Assembly: GCF_964355755.1 (NCBI RefSeq)
Contig: NC_092680.1
Coordinates: 22,205,045 to 22,269,044 of the forward strand
Length of the DNA: 64,000 bases
Source of the DNA: Antedon mediterranea
Taxonomy: Eukaryota > Animalia > Echinodermata
Direction: 5' to 3'
Part shown: positions 15,101-28,900 of the stretch, in pieces
How positions within the stretch are numbered: position 1 is the first letter of the stretch
Layout: each line of letters opens with the position of its first letter
Program-made: the position numbers and the translations under genes
The notes under the pieces: model-generated
What the model was told of the DNA's origin: nothing
The model's input: the letters and a program-made list of their open reading frames with translations, nothing else
The model's database searches: none

Positions 15101-18100
15101 AGAACTAGTTGTTGAAGGTATAAACATAATTATGTGAGCTAGTGAAAATATTCATGGTCAACTGCATCTTTTTTGTTGGACCATCATTAGAGTTTTTTAT
15201 ACTTATTTATTATTTTGGTGACAATTCATAATCTTCCACCTCTTGCATTCAGGCATTCTATCACCTTGTCTAAAGCGTGGTTCCCACTAGCGACGCAACA
15301 CAAGGACGTAACGCAACGCAAGTGAATTGACCAATCACAAACGATGGCTTATTCGCTTGTGATTGCTAACTGTCTATAACTTTGCTTGTCATTGGTTAAA
15401 AACGCTTGCAGTGCGTTTACGTCCTTGCGTTACGTTCTAGTGGGAACCAAGCTTTAGTAATTGAAATTAATAGAGTTGTTATGTCATCTATGTTGCCATG
15501 ATTTTGACCTCAAAGAAACATTTTATGTTTGCCTGCAGTTCTTCCAACTCAGTAGAAATCACTACATGGCAAAATATAACCAGGCACAGAGAATAAGCAA
15601 ACATTATAAACTTTAAAAAATGTTATTTTTCTAAACAAAAAAATTAAATATTGAGATTGTTTTGTAGGTGAACAATTTGTTGAAATTAATGAAGGCGATG
15701 AAGAAAAACCAGTCGATGACGGCGAGTCAAATTCTACAGGCAAGTGGTTAGTGTGGGTGACAACAGGTAGAGAAGACAATATGGGTACAGATGCAAATGT
15801 AACTATACAGGTTTATGGTAGAGAAGGCTCTAGTTGTATATTACCTTTGATTGAAGAACATACAAATGAAGATGATAAAGACACAGATAATGAAGAGATA
15901 AAGGAAGATGAAAACAACAGCAAGACTGAAGATGAAAAAGATGATGAGAACAAGACTGAAGAAGATAAAAATGATGATGAGAACAAGAATGAAGAAGATA
16001 AAAATAATGATGAAAACAAGAATGAAGAAGATAAAAATGATGATGAAAACAAGAACGAAGAAAAAGACGATGAGAACAGGAATGAAGAAGATGACGAGAA
16101 CAAGAATGATGATAAATTTGAGAAGGATGGAGAAGAGAACAAAGCAGATGTGCAACAAACAACAAGTACAGATTGTAAAAAGGCTTCCAGATTCCCACCA
16201 GGGTCTGTAAAACAATTTGAGGTAAATATTTCTATACAAATTTTTGTTCAGCTATATTAGTTGGTTATAAAATGCTGTGGCTATCCTTAAGTGAGTGATT
16301 GTAAGATTAATTGACAGGCTATGCTTATGATGATCTAGCATATTGAATGATAAAATACCCCACAAAGATATCACATTAAAGTCAATTAACTTTGGTCATG
16401 GCATCTGAATTGGAATATTAATTGATTTGTTGTAGTAGTTGTACAAACCTACTTTTTTATTCTGTTATTTCAGATCGATGTTGGTGAAATTGGAAGTCTT
16501 TACAAAATTCGAATTGCTCATGATAATAGTGAACATGACCCTGATTGGTTTATTGAAAAGGTTTGAAAAAATATATGTAAAAAAAATAAAAATTGAGTTT
16601 TCATATATTCTGTATATTTTCATGACTTTGGTTTTAGCTTTACAAGAGTGTTCTTATTGTAGTATGAATGTATTACTATAACTGCCATTTTTGCAGATAA
16701 AAATGAAAGATAAAGATACACATCAAGAATTTCACTTCTTTGCTAATCGCTGGTTGAAAGAAGACAAGAATATCCATACTCTCAACAAAGAAGAAAAAGG
16801 AACATTAGATGAGGAAACAAAAGAGATTGAAAACAAAGATCAATCTTCAGTTAACGGTACAAAAGATGATCCAGCTAAAGCAAACAAACAAGAAGACAAT
16901 ATGGATGTTATTTGTGATACCTGTTTAGAGTTGGCTGCCATCAGACCAGATGCAACAATCCCATTAGGTTAGTGATTATTTTAAACAAAACCCGACTGTA
17001 ATAAACAACAAATGACAATCAGTTGTTATTTACTAAACAGGATTATTTACTACAACATGTATTTTTGTTTTTTTCTCATAGTTAAGAAGTACATAGTTGC
17101 TATTAAAACTGGTAATCGAGGAGCATCTTGGACTGATGCATCTCCCTTTATAGTGATCTATGGGGAGAAAGGTGACAGTGGTAAACGACAACTAAACAGG
17201 TTACACATACCATCATCTCCAGAGAAACACAATTTTTACAAAAATCAGGTAAATTTTAACTCTTATTTTCAAGATCACGCTTGGGATAAGGGTCACCTTA
17301 AATATTGTATAGCAGTTGTAAAAGGTTTTGCTTTTCTTCATAGGTGAATATGTTTTCAATTGAAGCTGTGGACTTGATGAGACCAAACAAGCTGCTCCTG
17401 GGTCACAATGCAAAAGGTTATGGTGCAGGTTGGTTTGTGGAAGAAATCAACATCAAGGAAGATATTCATTCTCAAACACAATTTGTTTTTCCTTGCCAGA
17501 GGTCAGTATCCTAAAGTGGATGCTTAAAAATTTGATAAGTTGGATAAGAAAGATAAGGATGGTAGTTAAGAGAGAATAATTGGTGTGATGATAATCCTGA
17601 TATACACATTTAATCTAAACTAGATGGTTTGATGATGGCGTCGAAGATGGAAAATTGGAACGGGAGATTATGTTATTGGGAGAAGTAGAATGCAATGACA
17701 ATTCAACAAGTAAAGGAAATTGGAAAGTTTCAGTAAGAACTAACATGAAGTCATCGGATGATATGTCATCTCCTGTAACACTCATTGTGTATGACAGCAG
17801 AGGGCAGTATTCCTGCCATGCCTTTCTAAAAGGTGAGGAAAAGGACAAGAAGTTGTTTGATCCTGGTACTGAAGATAATTTTAAGGTAATAACAACTTTG
17901 TTTATTGAGAACCGACTGTGATACTGTCAAATATGTCTTAGATCTTAGGTATATGCTAGAAGTTATTTGCAAACAAATTATTTATATTTCAAAATAAATA
18001 AATAAATTGATTTCTGACATACAGTTAGTCCCCAAGCAAATTGTTTTTTTACTTTGAGAGGAAGTCTCAACTAAAATATTCTCTATAAAACAGTGCCTGC

Positions 18101-21100
18101 TGCATATTTTTTTTTAATCTAGAAGAAATTGCATGGATTCATCTATCTATTTTATGGTCATAAGAGACAGCTAACTGTACATTCAATTCCTTTCTTAGAA
18201 ACAAATACATTTTTTTTTTTTACTTTATTACCTGTGTACCTATTTGCAGTCTGAGAGACAAATTGAGTGGTCATCTTTTTGTCACCATCATTTCACATAC
18301 ATCAACAAACATCTATGTACTTCCTGACACACGCATGAGTTTAGTTTTACATTGAAAGAGTCCTTTTATTATTATTATAACATTGTTCTTTGAATACTAA
18401 ATACTAAGCTGTCTGCTATTTGCTGAATATAATGTTGTATATTATTTAATTTATATTTTAGATAAATGTTGGTAACATTGGAACTATTAGTAAAGTTAGA
18501 GTTGAAGTGAATCAGTCTCCAATCGACCCAAAACTTTATGTTGAGTGGGTAAGTGCAAATATACACATTCTTTGGTTTTATTAGCTTACATTTGTTTGCA
18601 TGATCTCAGATAGTAGAAATAAATAATATTTAACTTTTGTACATTTACAGATAAAAATGGTTAATGACCAGACAGATGAAAATTTGAAATTTAACTTTGA
18701 TTCACGGATAAAAATGAGCAAAGAGGCTGCAGTTGTAAGAGGTGACACTATTGTAAAACAAGGTATTTGAATTAATATGTACATACCAAATCAAACAGTG
18801 AGTAACACAATAACACGTCCAGTCTAAGATGACTGCACATAATTTGAAACTTAAACTCTATTTGTTTTCAACCTTAGTTTTAATATACAAAGTACAATGC
18901 CACACTGGAGACAAAGAAAATGCTGGAACAGAAGCAACTCAAATATATTTGACAATAATGGGAAGTAATGGTGACACTGGTCGACGACTACTAATGGATT
19001 CAAACAATTTTGAAATGTTCAAAAAAGATCAGGTTAGAAAAGTATCTACAATATAACTGGAAATTATTAGGATATCTGTATTTTCAATTTTAGCAAATGG
19101 CCATGTAGCACATAATTAATAACACTACTAATAGTATTAAGAAATAAAATATACGTTGATAACTTTGAAATAGAGTCAGTATCAGTTGGTAAAATACATA
19201 CTGTACAATCAAAGTAGAGAATGAAAAAATAAATACAAAATATCATTACAATCTTTTACTAGGTTGATAACTTTGAAATAGAGGCGGTATCAGTTGGTAA
19301 AATACATACAATCAAAGTAGAGAATGAACACAATGACCCATGGCTTCTGGAACAAGTAATAATCAAACAAGAAGATGAGAATAAAGTTATAAGATTTGAT
19401 TGTTCAAGTTGGATTGGAGAAGATCAACAAGACGCTGATAATGATAGTGAAAATGAACTTATTGAACCTATCAAGTCATTTTTTGCTCAAGGTATTTCAC
19501 AACACTGTGTGCAGACTGTCTTGTGTGTGATTGCATGATTTTTAATAGGTTGTCAAAAGTCAGAAAATAAAAATGTAGTCATTTGCATTGTTGTGCATAA
19601 TATTGTTTACATTTCTGTGGTCATTGCATAATATGAAACAACTACATTATTGTCTTTATCAAACCATACCTTTCTTCTCAGTGAAATACAAATCTGTGTA
19701 CAATAAATTTAAACTATCTTCATAATTTTTCTTAGAAAACTGGAAATGCTTTGTAACAACAAGTGACATTAATGATTGTGGAATGGATAAGGAGGTTCAA
19801 TTGATTGCGTATGGTCAAAATGGAAAATCAAACACAATGCTTCTTGAAAATGGCAATAATGACAATTATCAACGAGGAAAAACAGCAGAATTTAAGGTTA
19901 ATTACAGCACCAGTACAGTACATATGGATTTACTGGAGTTAGGGTTACCCTAACCAGTACAGTACATATGGATTTACTGCTGGAGTTCTTTCGTTGTTTA
20001 TTTCAATCATTTTCATTTCTTTTTATAGGTGAATCCAGGCACATGGTTTGGGGATTTGGTTAAGATACGAGTAGCAGTCATAGATATAGATGAATCTGGT
20101 GAACAAACAGTGAATCAAACGGTGTCATGGCATCTTAACAAGGTACTTATTCAAGTTTATTCATAATAACAATTTTCACTGTTAATTATTCAAGTTTATT
20201 CATAATAACAACTTTCACTGTGGTACTTATTCAAGTTTATTCATAACAACAACTTTTACTTTGGTACTTATTCAAGTTTATTCATAATATTACAACTTTC
20301 ACTTTGGTACATATTCAAGTTTATTCATAACAACAACTTTTACTTTGGTACTTATTCAAGTTTATTCATAACAACAACTTTTACTTTGGTACTTATTCAA
20401 GTTTATTCATAATAACAACTTTCACTTTGGTACATATTCAAGTTTATTCATAACAACAACTTTTACTTTGGTACTTATTCAAGTTTATTCATAATCAACT
20501 TTCACTGTGGTACTTATTCAAGTTTATTCATAACAACAACTTTTACTTTGGTACTTATTCAAGTTTATTCATAATAACAACTTTCACTTTGGTACTTATT
20601 CAAGTTTATTCATAACAACAACTTTTACTTTGGTACTTATTCAAGTTTATTCATAATAACAACTTTCACTGTGGTACTTATTTAAGTTTATTCATAATAA
20701 CAACTTTCACTTTGGTACTTATTCAAGTTTATTCATAATAACAACTTTTACTTTGGTACTTATTCAAGTTTATTCATAACAACAACTTTTACTTTGGTAC
20801 TTATTTAAGTTTACTCAAAATAACAACTTTCACTGTGGTACATAGTCAAGTTTATTCATAATAACAACTTTTACTTTAGTACTTATTCAAGTTTATTCAT
20901 AATAACAACTTTCACTGTGGTACATATTCAAGTTTATTCATAATAACAACTTTTACTTTGGTACTTATTCAAGTTTATTCATAATAACAACTTTTACTTT
21001 GGTACTTATTCAAGTTTATTCATAATAACAACTTTCACTGTGGTACTTATTCAAGTTTATTCATAATAACAACTTTCACTGTGGTACTTATTCAAGTTTA

Positions 21101-24100
21101 GTCATAATAACAACTTTCACTGTGGTACTTATTCAAGTTTATTCATAATAACAACTTTCACTGTGGTACTTATTTAAGTTTATTCATAATAACAACTTTC
21201 ACTGTGGTACTTATTCAAGTTTATTCATGATAACAACTTTCACTGTGGTACTTATTTAAGTTTATTCATAATAACAACTTTCACTGTGGTACTTATTCAA
21301 GTTTATTCATGATAACAACTTTCACTGTGGTACTTATTCAACTTTATTCATAATAACAACTTTCAATGTAAACTGAATTTGGCTAGGACATGATTGACAC
21401 ATAACTAGCAGCATTTGAATTTACTTTCCTTAACAAATGTTTTTTCTTGCTTCTGAATTTAGGTGGAGATTTTGGATGAGGGCTCTGATAAAAAGCACAT
21501 ATTTGAGTTCAACAAATGGTTTTCAAAAACAGAGGAAAAAAGTGATGTCATCAATGAATTACCAGCTTTGATAAAGAATAATAATCCTTTACCATTGGTG
21601 GAATACAAACTAACTTTTCACACAGGGTATGATAAACAATCTGCAACAGATTCTAATGTGTTGGTCACTATATTTGGTTCAAATGGAGACACCGGTTCAA
21701 GACAACTTTTGACAACTATAGATGGAGGAGATCAATTTGATAAACCAGATAAGGTAAAGATCTGTCTCTAAAATAGCATTTTAATCTAGAACGTAATTTT
21801 ATTAGGTGATCATTTAGAATAAAATGATCACCTATTGTTATTGTATGAAATCTTTGTTATTGGTTATCCGCCTCAAGCGGATAACCTTTGTTATTGTAGT
21901 GTTACTTTTTTTTTTTATTATTCTTCTTTCTTTCTCGGATTTTGTGCACGCGTTTTCTCTTTAACGTGTTAACATAACATGTTGTAACTTCGTCAACATA
22001 TAGACATTTAACTGAAGATGTACTGCCAAGCTTTTTGACAATGTCAGATCCGCGTAGCGTAAGTTACGCGCGATTTTTTGAAAATCTTAAATCGGTCATA
22101 ACTTCGAAACCGATAAATATTTTTTAACGAAATTTTCAGCCACGTTTTCTTCACATCAATAGCTAACTTTTGGAATGTTTAACAAATTTTTGGAGATTAG
22201 AAAGTTTTCGCATAAATTGCGTTTGAAATATTTTACTCTTCTTATTTTGTGCACGCTGTTTCTCTTCAACGTGTAAACATAATATGTTGTAACTTGTTCA
22301 GCATTTAGACATTTTACTGAAGTTGTCCAGCCAAGCTTTTTGACGATGTCAGAGCCGCGTAGCGTAAGTTACGCGTGATTTTCTGAAAATCTTAAATCGG
22401 TTATAACTTCGAAACAAATGAATATTTTTTAACGTCATTTTCAGCCACGTTTGCTTCACATCAATAGTTAACTTTTTTAACGCTACCGCAATTTGTATCA
22501 TTAGAAAGTGCGCGCGTAAATGGCGTTTGAAATTTTAAAATGCTTCAAATCAATTTCTGATTAAATTAGAGCACGATTCAGGTCATTTTAAGCGTTTAAA
22601 AAATTGCCACTGGTGCGCACATTTTTACGCGCGCACGGCGCAGGGAACACGTTTGAGCCTTTCTTTTACACGATTTGTGTTTTTAAATCTTCGGTTAACA
22701 ATTTTACGTTATTTTATTCACTTTTCAACTTGAAATGGCGTTCTACGAGCACGTTAAACATGATAGGTTGCGCACGAAAACATGATAGGTTGCGCACGAA
22801 AACGTCAACAAATTGTGAAAATGTTGCAAAATATGTCTACTTTTAAAAATGAAACAGTTCATCAGAATGCAAGGTTACCCCCATTTTTTATTTTATTTTC
22901 TTGCAGTGTATGAATCATAGGTGTGATTTATTATAGTCTTGAATGTTAAAAAGTGTTTGATGGCTACATTATTTGCATATTAAATGTAATTTTTGAAATA
23001 ATTATCATCAAACAAACATAAACATATTCAAAGAGCAAAACAATAAACATAACGTTTATCTTTTTTCTTTACATGTTAATATATAAAACTTGAAAGTATG
23101 CACTTTCATAATATGTAACTGTTTAAAATTTGTGAAGATTTCATCATAGTAAAAATTATGATTTAAGTTCATTATGTAATAATCAACTTGCATCGAGGGG
23201 GTTCACGACATACCGATTGAACGAGGATTCTTTCTTCGGATTTTCTTCAGCAGGTGCTCATATGGCTCGATGTGTAGTGCAACCGACTTTGGTATCAGAT
23301 GTACCGGGTTCGAGTCCCGTCACGGGAAAACAATTAATTAAAAGGGTTTAGTTGGTTATTACACTGAGAGGGCAGTTTTAATTTTGAATAGCCTACTTTT
23401 TTTGGAAAAGTCATAACTTGGAAGTACTTGAATACGCAAGATACGCTTTGTTGCTGGCGGATAACCAAACTCGTCCTCAAGTGACGAGTTTAAGATCTAG
23501 TTATTTATTACTTTCTGTACAGATTTTGTGTAACAGATATCTCAAAAAGTTTAATGTCAATGATTACCAAAATTTCACAATGTCTTTCAAATACTTTAAC
23601 TTAGTTCTAATAAGCTTTTCAGCGTGATCACTCAACCGTGACGTAATTTATACGCCATTTTGTGAAATCACATTATCAATCATATCTCCATAATTAATTA
23701 TCACATATTAATGTAATTCACTAAACGTAAACTTCAGATCAAGTGTAAAAATATTAGCAAATAAAAACGCACGCACACGTAGGGTCATGCGCATGAAATC
23801 GCGCTTTAAAAATTTAAAAACCTCAAAATTAAGTTTTGATCAATTTAGAGCATGAATTAGGCCATTTGCGTGTTTCAAAAAATTACTGCGCAAAAAATTT
23901 TTTTTGCGCGCGCGATACTTAAAAAGCGTAAAAAATACGAATTTTTTTTACAAATCGCATTCTACTCACCATCTTTAGTACATTCACCAAATTTGAGTCA
24001 GTTCCGATATAAAATAACGCTATACGAGCAGGTTCAAAATGACAAAATGCGCAAATTAATTGCATCAAAGTGTTGAAAATGGTGAAAATAAGGCATTTTA

Positions 24101-25830
24101 AAAATGAAAATAATTCTTCAGAATGCACGATGACCCCCAATTTTTTTTAATTATTCTGGAAGCCATTGAGTTCTAGATATAAATTCATGTACACATTTGA
24201 CGTACAAAATGTTGTGAGGTCACCAAATGGCCACTCGAATTAAAAAATTAGGTTTTTTTCTCTTTTGTCATAGATTATCACATTCAACTGAGCGCATCTC
24301 GGTTATTTTGTGCCCGATTTTCGATAATTCTTTTGTATATGATTGCTCAATTAATAATCTTATCTTTCTCATGAGTTGTCTAAATTTTAATTTTGAATAC
24401 GTCATCACGCGTAAAAACTTGAATAACGTAGGTCGTGTAATTTCACCTACACCATACATTTGAATATCTTACAGCTCTTCCGAATTAAATTTGACCTTGA
24501 TGATTATAATTTATTATGAAAGCTGATGAAATGTAGATATGAATTCATATAAAAATTAAGCCTATCGGATGTTTTGATGTTATGAAATGGCCAGTTGAAG
24601 TTAAAAAGTAGTTTTTTTCTCTCTTTCGTCAAATTTATACAAATTTCAAAGAGTGCGCAGTGCGCTTCTACGTGTCACATTCTCTTCCAATCCTTATATT
24701 TATTTGCTCAATTCATTATCTTTTGAAATTGTCATCTTCGAGTTTATTTTGATAATTCCATCATACCAAAAAATTATAACATGATGTGTGTCCCGTAATT
24801 TCACCTATACTACACTGTATATAGATATACAGTATATACTGTATATTGTATATGGCATATAATAGGCACAACTCAACACTATAAACATATAATAGGATGG
24901 AATGTATCATCATTTTCCGATCGTATGATAACGTACGTGCATGTTTAAAACAAATTATTTTCAGTAATTAATTAATTAATGTCAATAAAATGATAAAAAT
25001 GATCACCTATAATTCGTCAAAGTGACGAATTAAATTCTAGTTATATATAAATTAATTATTTGTTTTATATTTTTCTCTCTCTTTGTGGAAAACCCATTTT
25101 TTTTCAGAATGATTCATTTCTGTTTGAGGCAGTGACAGTTGGAAAAATAAAGCATGTATTGATTGAAAAAGGTCCAGGAAAGCCGTGGCAACTAGAGAAA
25201 CTAATTGTGAAAGAAGGTCAATATTCAAATGAGGAAATGATTTTTAAATGCAATAAGTATGTATTTATTATTTTACAGAATTACTAATTTAAATTTAATA
25301 TTATATCATGACTGATCTGTTTATTTATAAAATTGTATATATTTTTATTGATTGATTGTTCATTTACATGATCAACACGGCCATTTTGTTTCTTATATAA
25401 ATATCAAACAGTTCTTGTTTTGGATAGTTTATTGTTCACTCATAGAAATGGTGAAATATCTACCACCAATCATCATTACCTTAAGATTTTGAGAAAACAT
25501 TATAGCAATGTATACTTAACTGATTTTTATTTATTAATAATTATAACAGATGGATTGGGAGCTCAGAATTACCTGAAGACAATTCAAACATTTATCTGGA
25601 AGAGTATCAAGTGCAATCCAGTCTCTTTGTAGATACAGAGATTGTTGAAGCCAAGCCACAAACAAGTAAGATCTATATCTTTCAGGTTTTTTTTAAATAT
25701 TTACCCAAAAATAAGTTATAAACATATATAAAACATACTATATCAAGGGAAGGGCTATATATATATATATAGTAATAATGTAACTATATACCCACAGCAT
25801 TGTCATTTTTTTTCAGTAATTTGCCTTTGG

Positions 25831-25866
<36 letters not shown>

Positions 25867-25882
25867 ATAATGTAACTATATA

Positions 25883-25934
<52 letters not shown>

Positions 25935-28900
25935 CATACTGTAAATTATAGAAACAGTGCTCATATTCGGAACATGATCTCATAATCGCGTCGAGCATAG
26001 CTCATTGGCGAAAGTTCCGTATTTTTTAGTTGTATGAAAAAATGTCTCTGGCTGGATTCGAACCTGCAACCTCTCGCTTACAGGGCGAGTATCATACCAC
26101 TAGACCACAGAGCCATATATGGTATTATCACAGATTTTCACCCACCAGATACATTCTCTCATACAACAAACGCCCTCACAATCAGTGGATCAGGCTTAAC
26201 AAGTCAGATTAAATTCCAACTTTAATTCGCAACGGTTTTTAAATAATATTGTGTATATGTAAATCAATGATGTTGCGTAGCACTGTGTAAATTATATATA
26301 AATCATACTGTAAATTATAGAAACAGTGCTCATATTCGGAACATGATCTCATAATCGCGTTGATTGTGAGGGCGTTTGTTGTATGAGAGAATGTATCTGG
26401 TGGGTGAAAATCTGTGATAATACCATATATGGCTCTGTGGTCTAGTGGTATGATACTCGCCCTGTAAGCGAGAGGTTGCAGGTTCGAATCCAGCCAGACA
26501 TTTTTTCATACAACTAAAAAATACGGAACTTTCGCCAATGAGCTATGCTCGACGCGATTATGAGATCATGTTCCGAATATGAGCACTGTTTCTATAATTT
26601 ACAGTATGATTTATATATAATTTACACAGTGCTACGCAACATCATTGATTTACATATACACAATATTATTTAAAAACCGTTGCGAATTAAAGTTGGAATT
26701 TAATCTGACTTGTTAAGCCTCCACTGATTGTGAGGGCGTTTGTTGTATGAGAGAATGTATCTGGTGGGTGAAAATCTGTGATAATACCATATATGGCTCT
26801 GTGGTCTAGTGGTATGATACTCGCCCTGTAAGCGAGAGGTTGCAGGTTCGAATCCAGCCAGAGACATTTTTTCATACAACTAAAAAATACGGAACTTTCG
26901 CCAATGAGCTATGCTCGACGCGATTATGAGATCATGTTCCGAATATGAGCACTGTTTCTATAATTTACAGTATGATTTATATATATATATATATATATAG
27001 TAATAATGTAACTATATATATATATGGCACTAACATATAGAATTGATAATCTTTAAAAAAAAAAGATATCAAAACATAGTTCATAATGTCATTTTAGCTG
27101 TCAAAATCGTGCCATTGATACTTGGTTATTAACATTATTTTGTAGATGGTAACTGGAAGTTAATTGTAACTACTGGAGAGAGTTCCGAATTAAAAGAAAT
27201 TGGTAAAATGACTTTGACTGTAATTGGTACTGAGTCATGTTCTGAAGCAGAAATGTTAGGTCAAGACAGACAAACCAAATTCCAACCAGGAACAACAGAT
27301 GAATTTGATGTATGTATTTACATGTTCATTTGTATGTTAAAACAATAAGAAAAATGATTTATCATCGTAATCATATGTTAATTTGATATACTAGATGGTA
27401 CGCTCGCTTCGCCCATCTAGGTCGTGTCCACAGATGGTTCTCGAATACACAATAATTTCAGCTTAAAAAAACAGGCGATTTCAAATGTACGTAACGCAGG
27501 ACTATAGTACATTGTCGTTTACAGAGACGAATAAATAGACACGATGATTTATGTTAAATTAGCACCCTGGGAATTAGGCCTTGACTTAAAAAAATGAGTC
27601 CAAATTTTTTATTTGAACTCATTTAAACAAACCCAATTTGTGTTTAGTATATAACATTAGAGTTGAGGGATGGGGAAGAGGATGGGAAGAAAAATTTTAA
27701 AATATATTCTCTATCCACTTAGTAACGAAATATTGTTTTAAATGTTGTATAGGCCTATTAATAATATACCACTAAACACAGTAAAACATTTACGATTTAT
27801 AATACTTTTTTAAAACTGTCCCTGTTATAGTAGTCAATTGAAATAGTAAAGTACATGTAACGATACACCACTGCGACGTTTATATTTTTTATAATTTAAT
27901 TAATTAATACAAACGTTGAGAAGCAACTGTCAGTAATCTAACCACAGTCACAGTAATAAATGTTCTTTGTATATTTTGTTTATATATCGTAACCACATTC
28001 ACAGTAAGACAATTTCTATTCAAATGGCGACCAAAAATGGTTAATACATACAGTATTTACAATATTGTCAAAGTATTGCAATACTATATATAAGTTTTAT
28101 TCTCCAAGGCCCATAAATTTATCGACTTGTGTTAAACCAAAGGCTCATAAATTTACCTACAAACTGGGAGATTGGAATGCTCCGTTCATCGCAAATCAAT
28201 GCATTTGCATAAACGTATATTAAATCTATCAAAATAGTATTTTTTAAAGAAAATCGGCCTGTCTTCAACATTATGATACTGTACTCGAGCTGTTCAACCG
28301 GTTTTCAGCTATTAACAACAATTATCGTAGGAGGAGATAGGAAAATGCGAAGTATCCTCGTATTATTGTGTGCAGGTATTTTTTCATGAGCACATCCATT
28401 AGACAGTGTATACCACGATCGGAAAACACCCCTATTTGGGGCAAATTGTTGAACCTAAATTCGTTTTAATTGTCAATAACTAATTATCTAACTAAATTTA
28501 ATTAGTAAACAGGGTTACATCAGGTGGTTAAAATCAGTACCCAGATTCTAACCAACTTTATATACCATCGAGTAAACATTCTAGAAATAACACGTGATTT
28601 ACCGAATTTTGCCCTTACGTAAAATAGATACCTAAAAAACAAACAACTAAAATTATTTTAACCTAAATTTGTGATTTTAATTTACTTTATTTATTTACAC
28701 AAAAAATACATATGAAAATAAAATAATAATAATGATCATCAGTAACAACCAAAAAATAAACAACACTCTATCTTTGAAAAATAGTACTTCTTTCCATATT
28801 GTAGAGAATATATATTTTGTATTTACAAATTCAATTCAATTTCAGTTGTCATTTGAGGTTTTAACCAAATACTTATTATTTTCTTCTTCAGTAGTGTAAA

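Larger units (their letters stand above)
21801..25041 (+). mobile_element. Non-autonomous Helentron-type (HINE/DINE-1-like) element, outer copy
   Basis: 5' palindrome taggtgatcattt-agaata-aaatgatcaccta; 3' subterminal IR aaatgatcaccta (~24997-25009), then hairpin aattcgtca-aag-tgacgaatt and ...ttctagtt; T-rich flanks. Confidence 0.7.
25931..26978. mobile_element. Foldback/palindromic element with ~430-bp inverted arms built from a ~369-bp tRNA-containing unit, inserted in a (TA)n tract
   Basis: 25931-26360 is the reverse complement of ~26549-26978; ORF-track peptides 26034+ and 26687- are near-identical; (TA)n on both flanks. Confidence 0.85.

Noticed and set aside
15539-15570. Possible microexon after gcctgcag
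   Set aside because: In-frame TAG and no frame-preserving GT donor; 15117 splices to 15668 in frame without it.
15813-16239. Several antisense and alternative-frame low-complexity ORFs
   Set aside because: Shadows of the GAA/GAT-rich acidic insert in exon 15668-16221.
26795-26866. Functional tRNA-Thr(TGT) gene
   Set aside because: C at position 33, mismatches in the acceptor and T stems, a Pro-like body, and location within a repeated foldback element; treated as a pseudo-tRNA.
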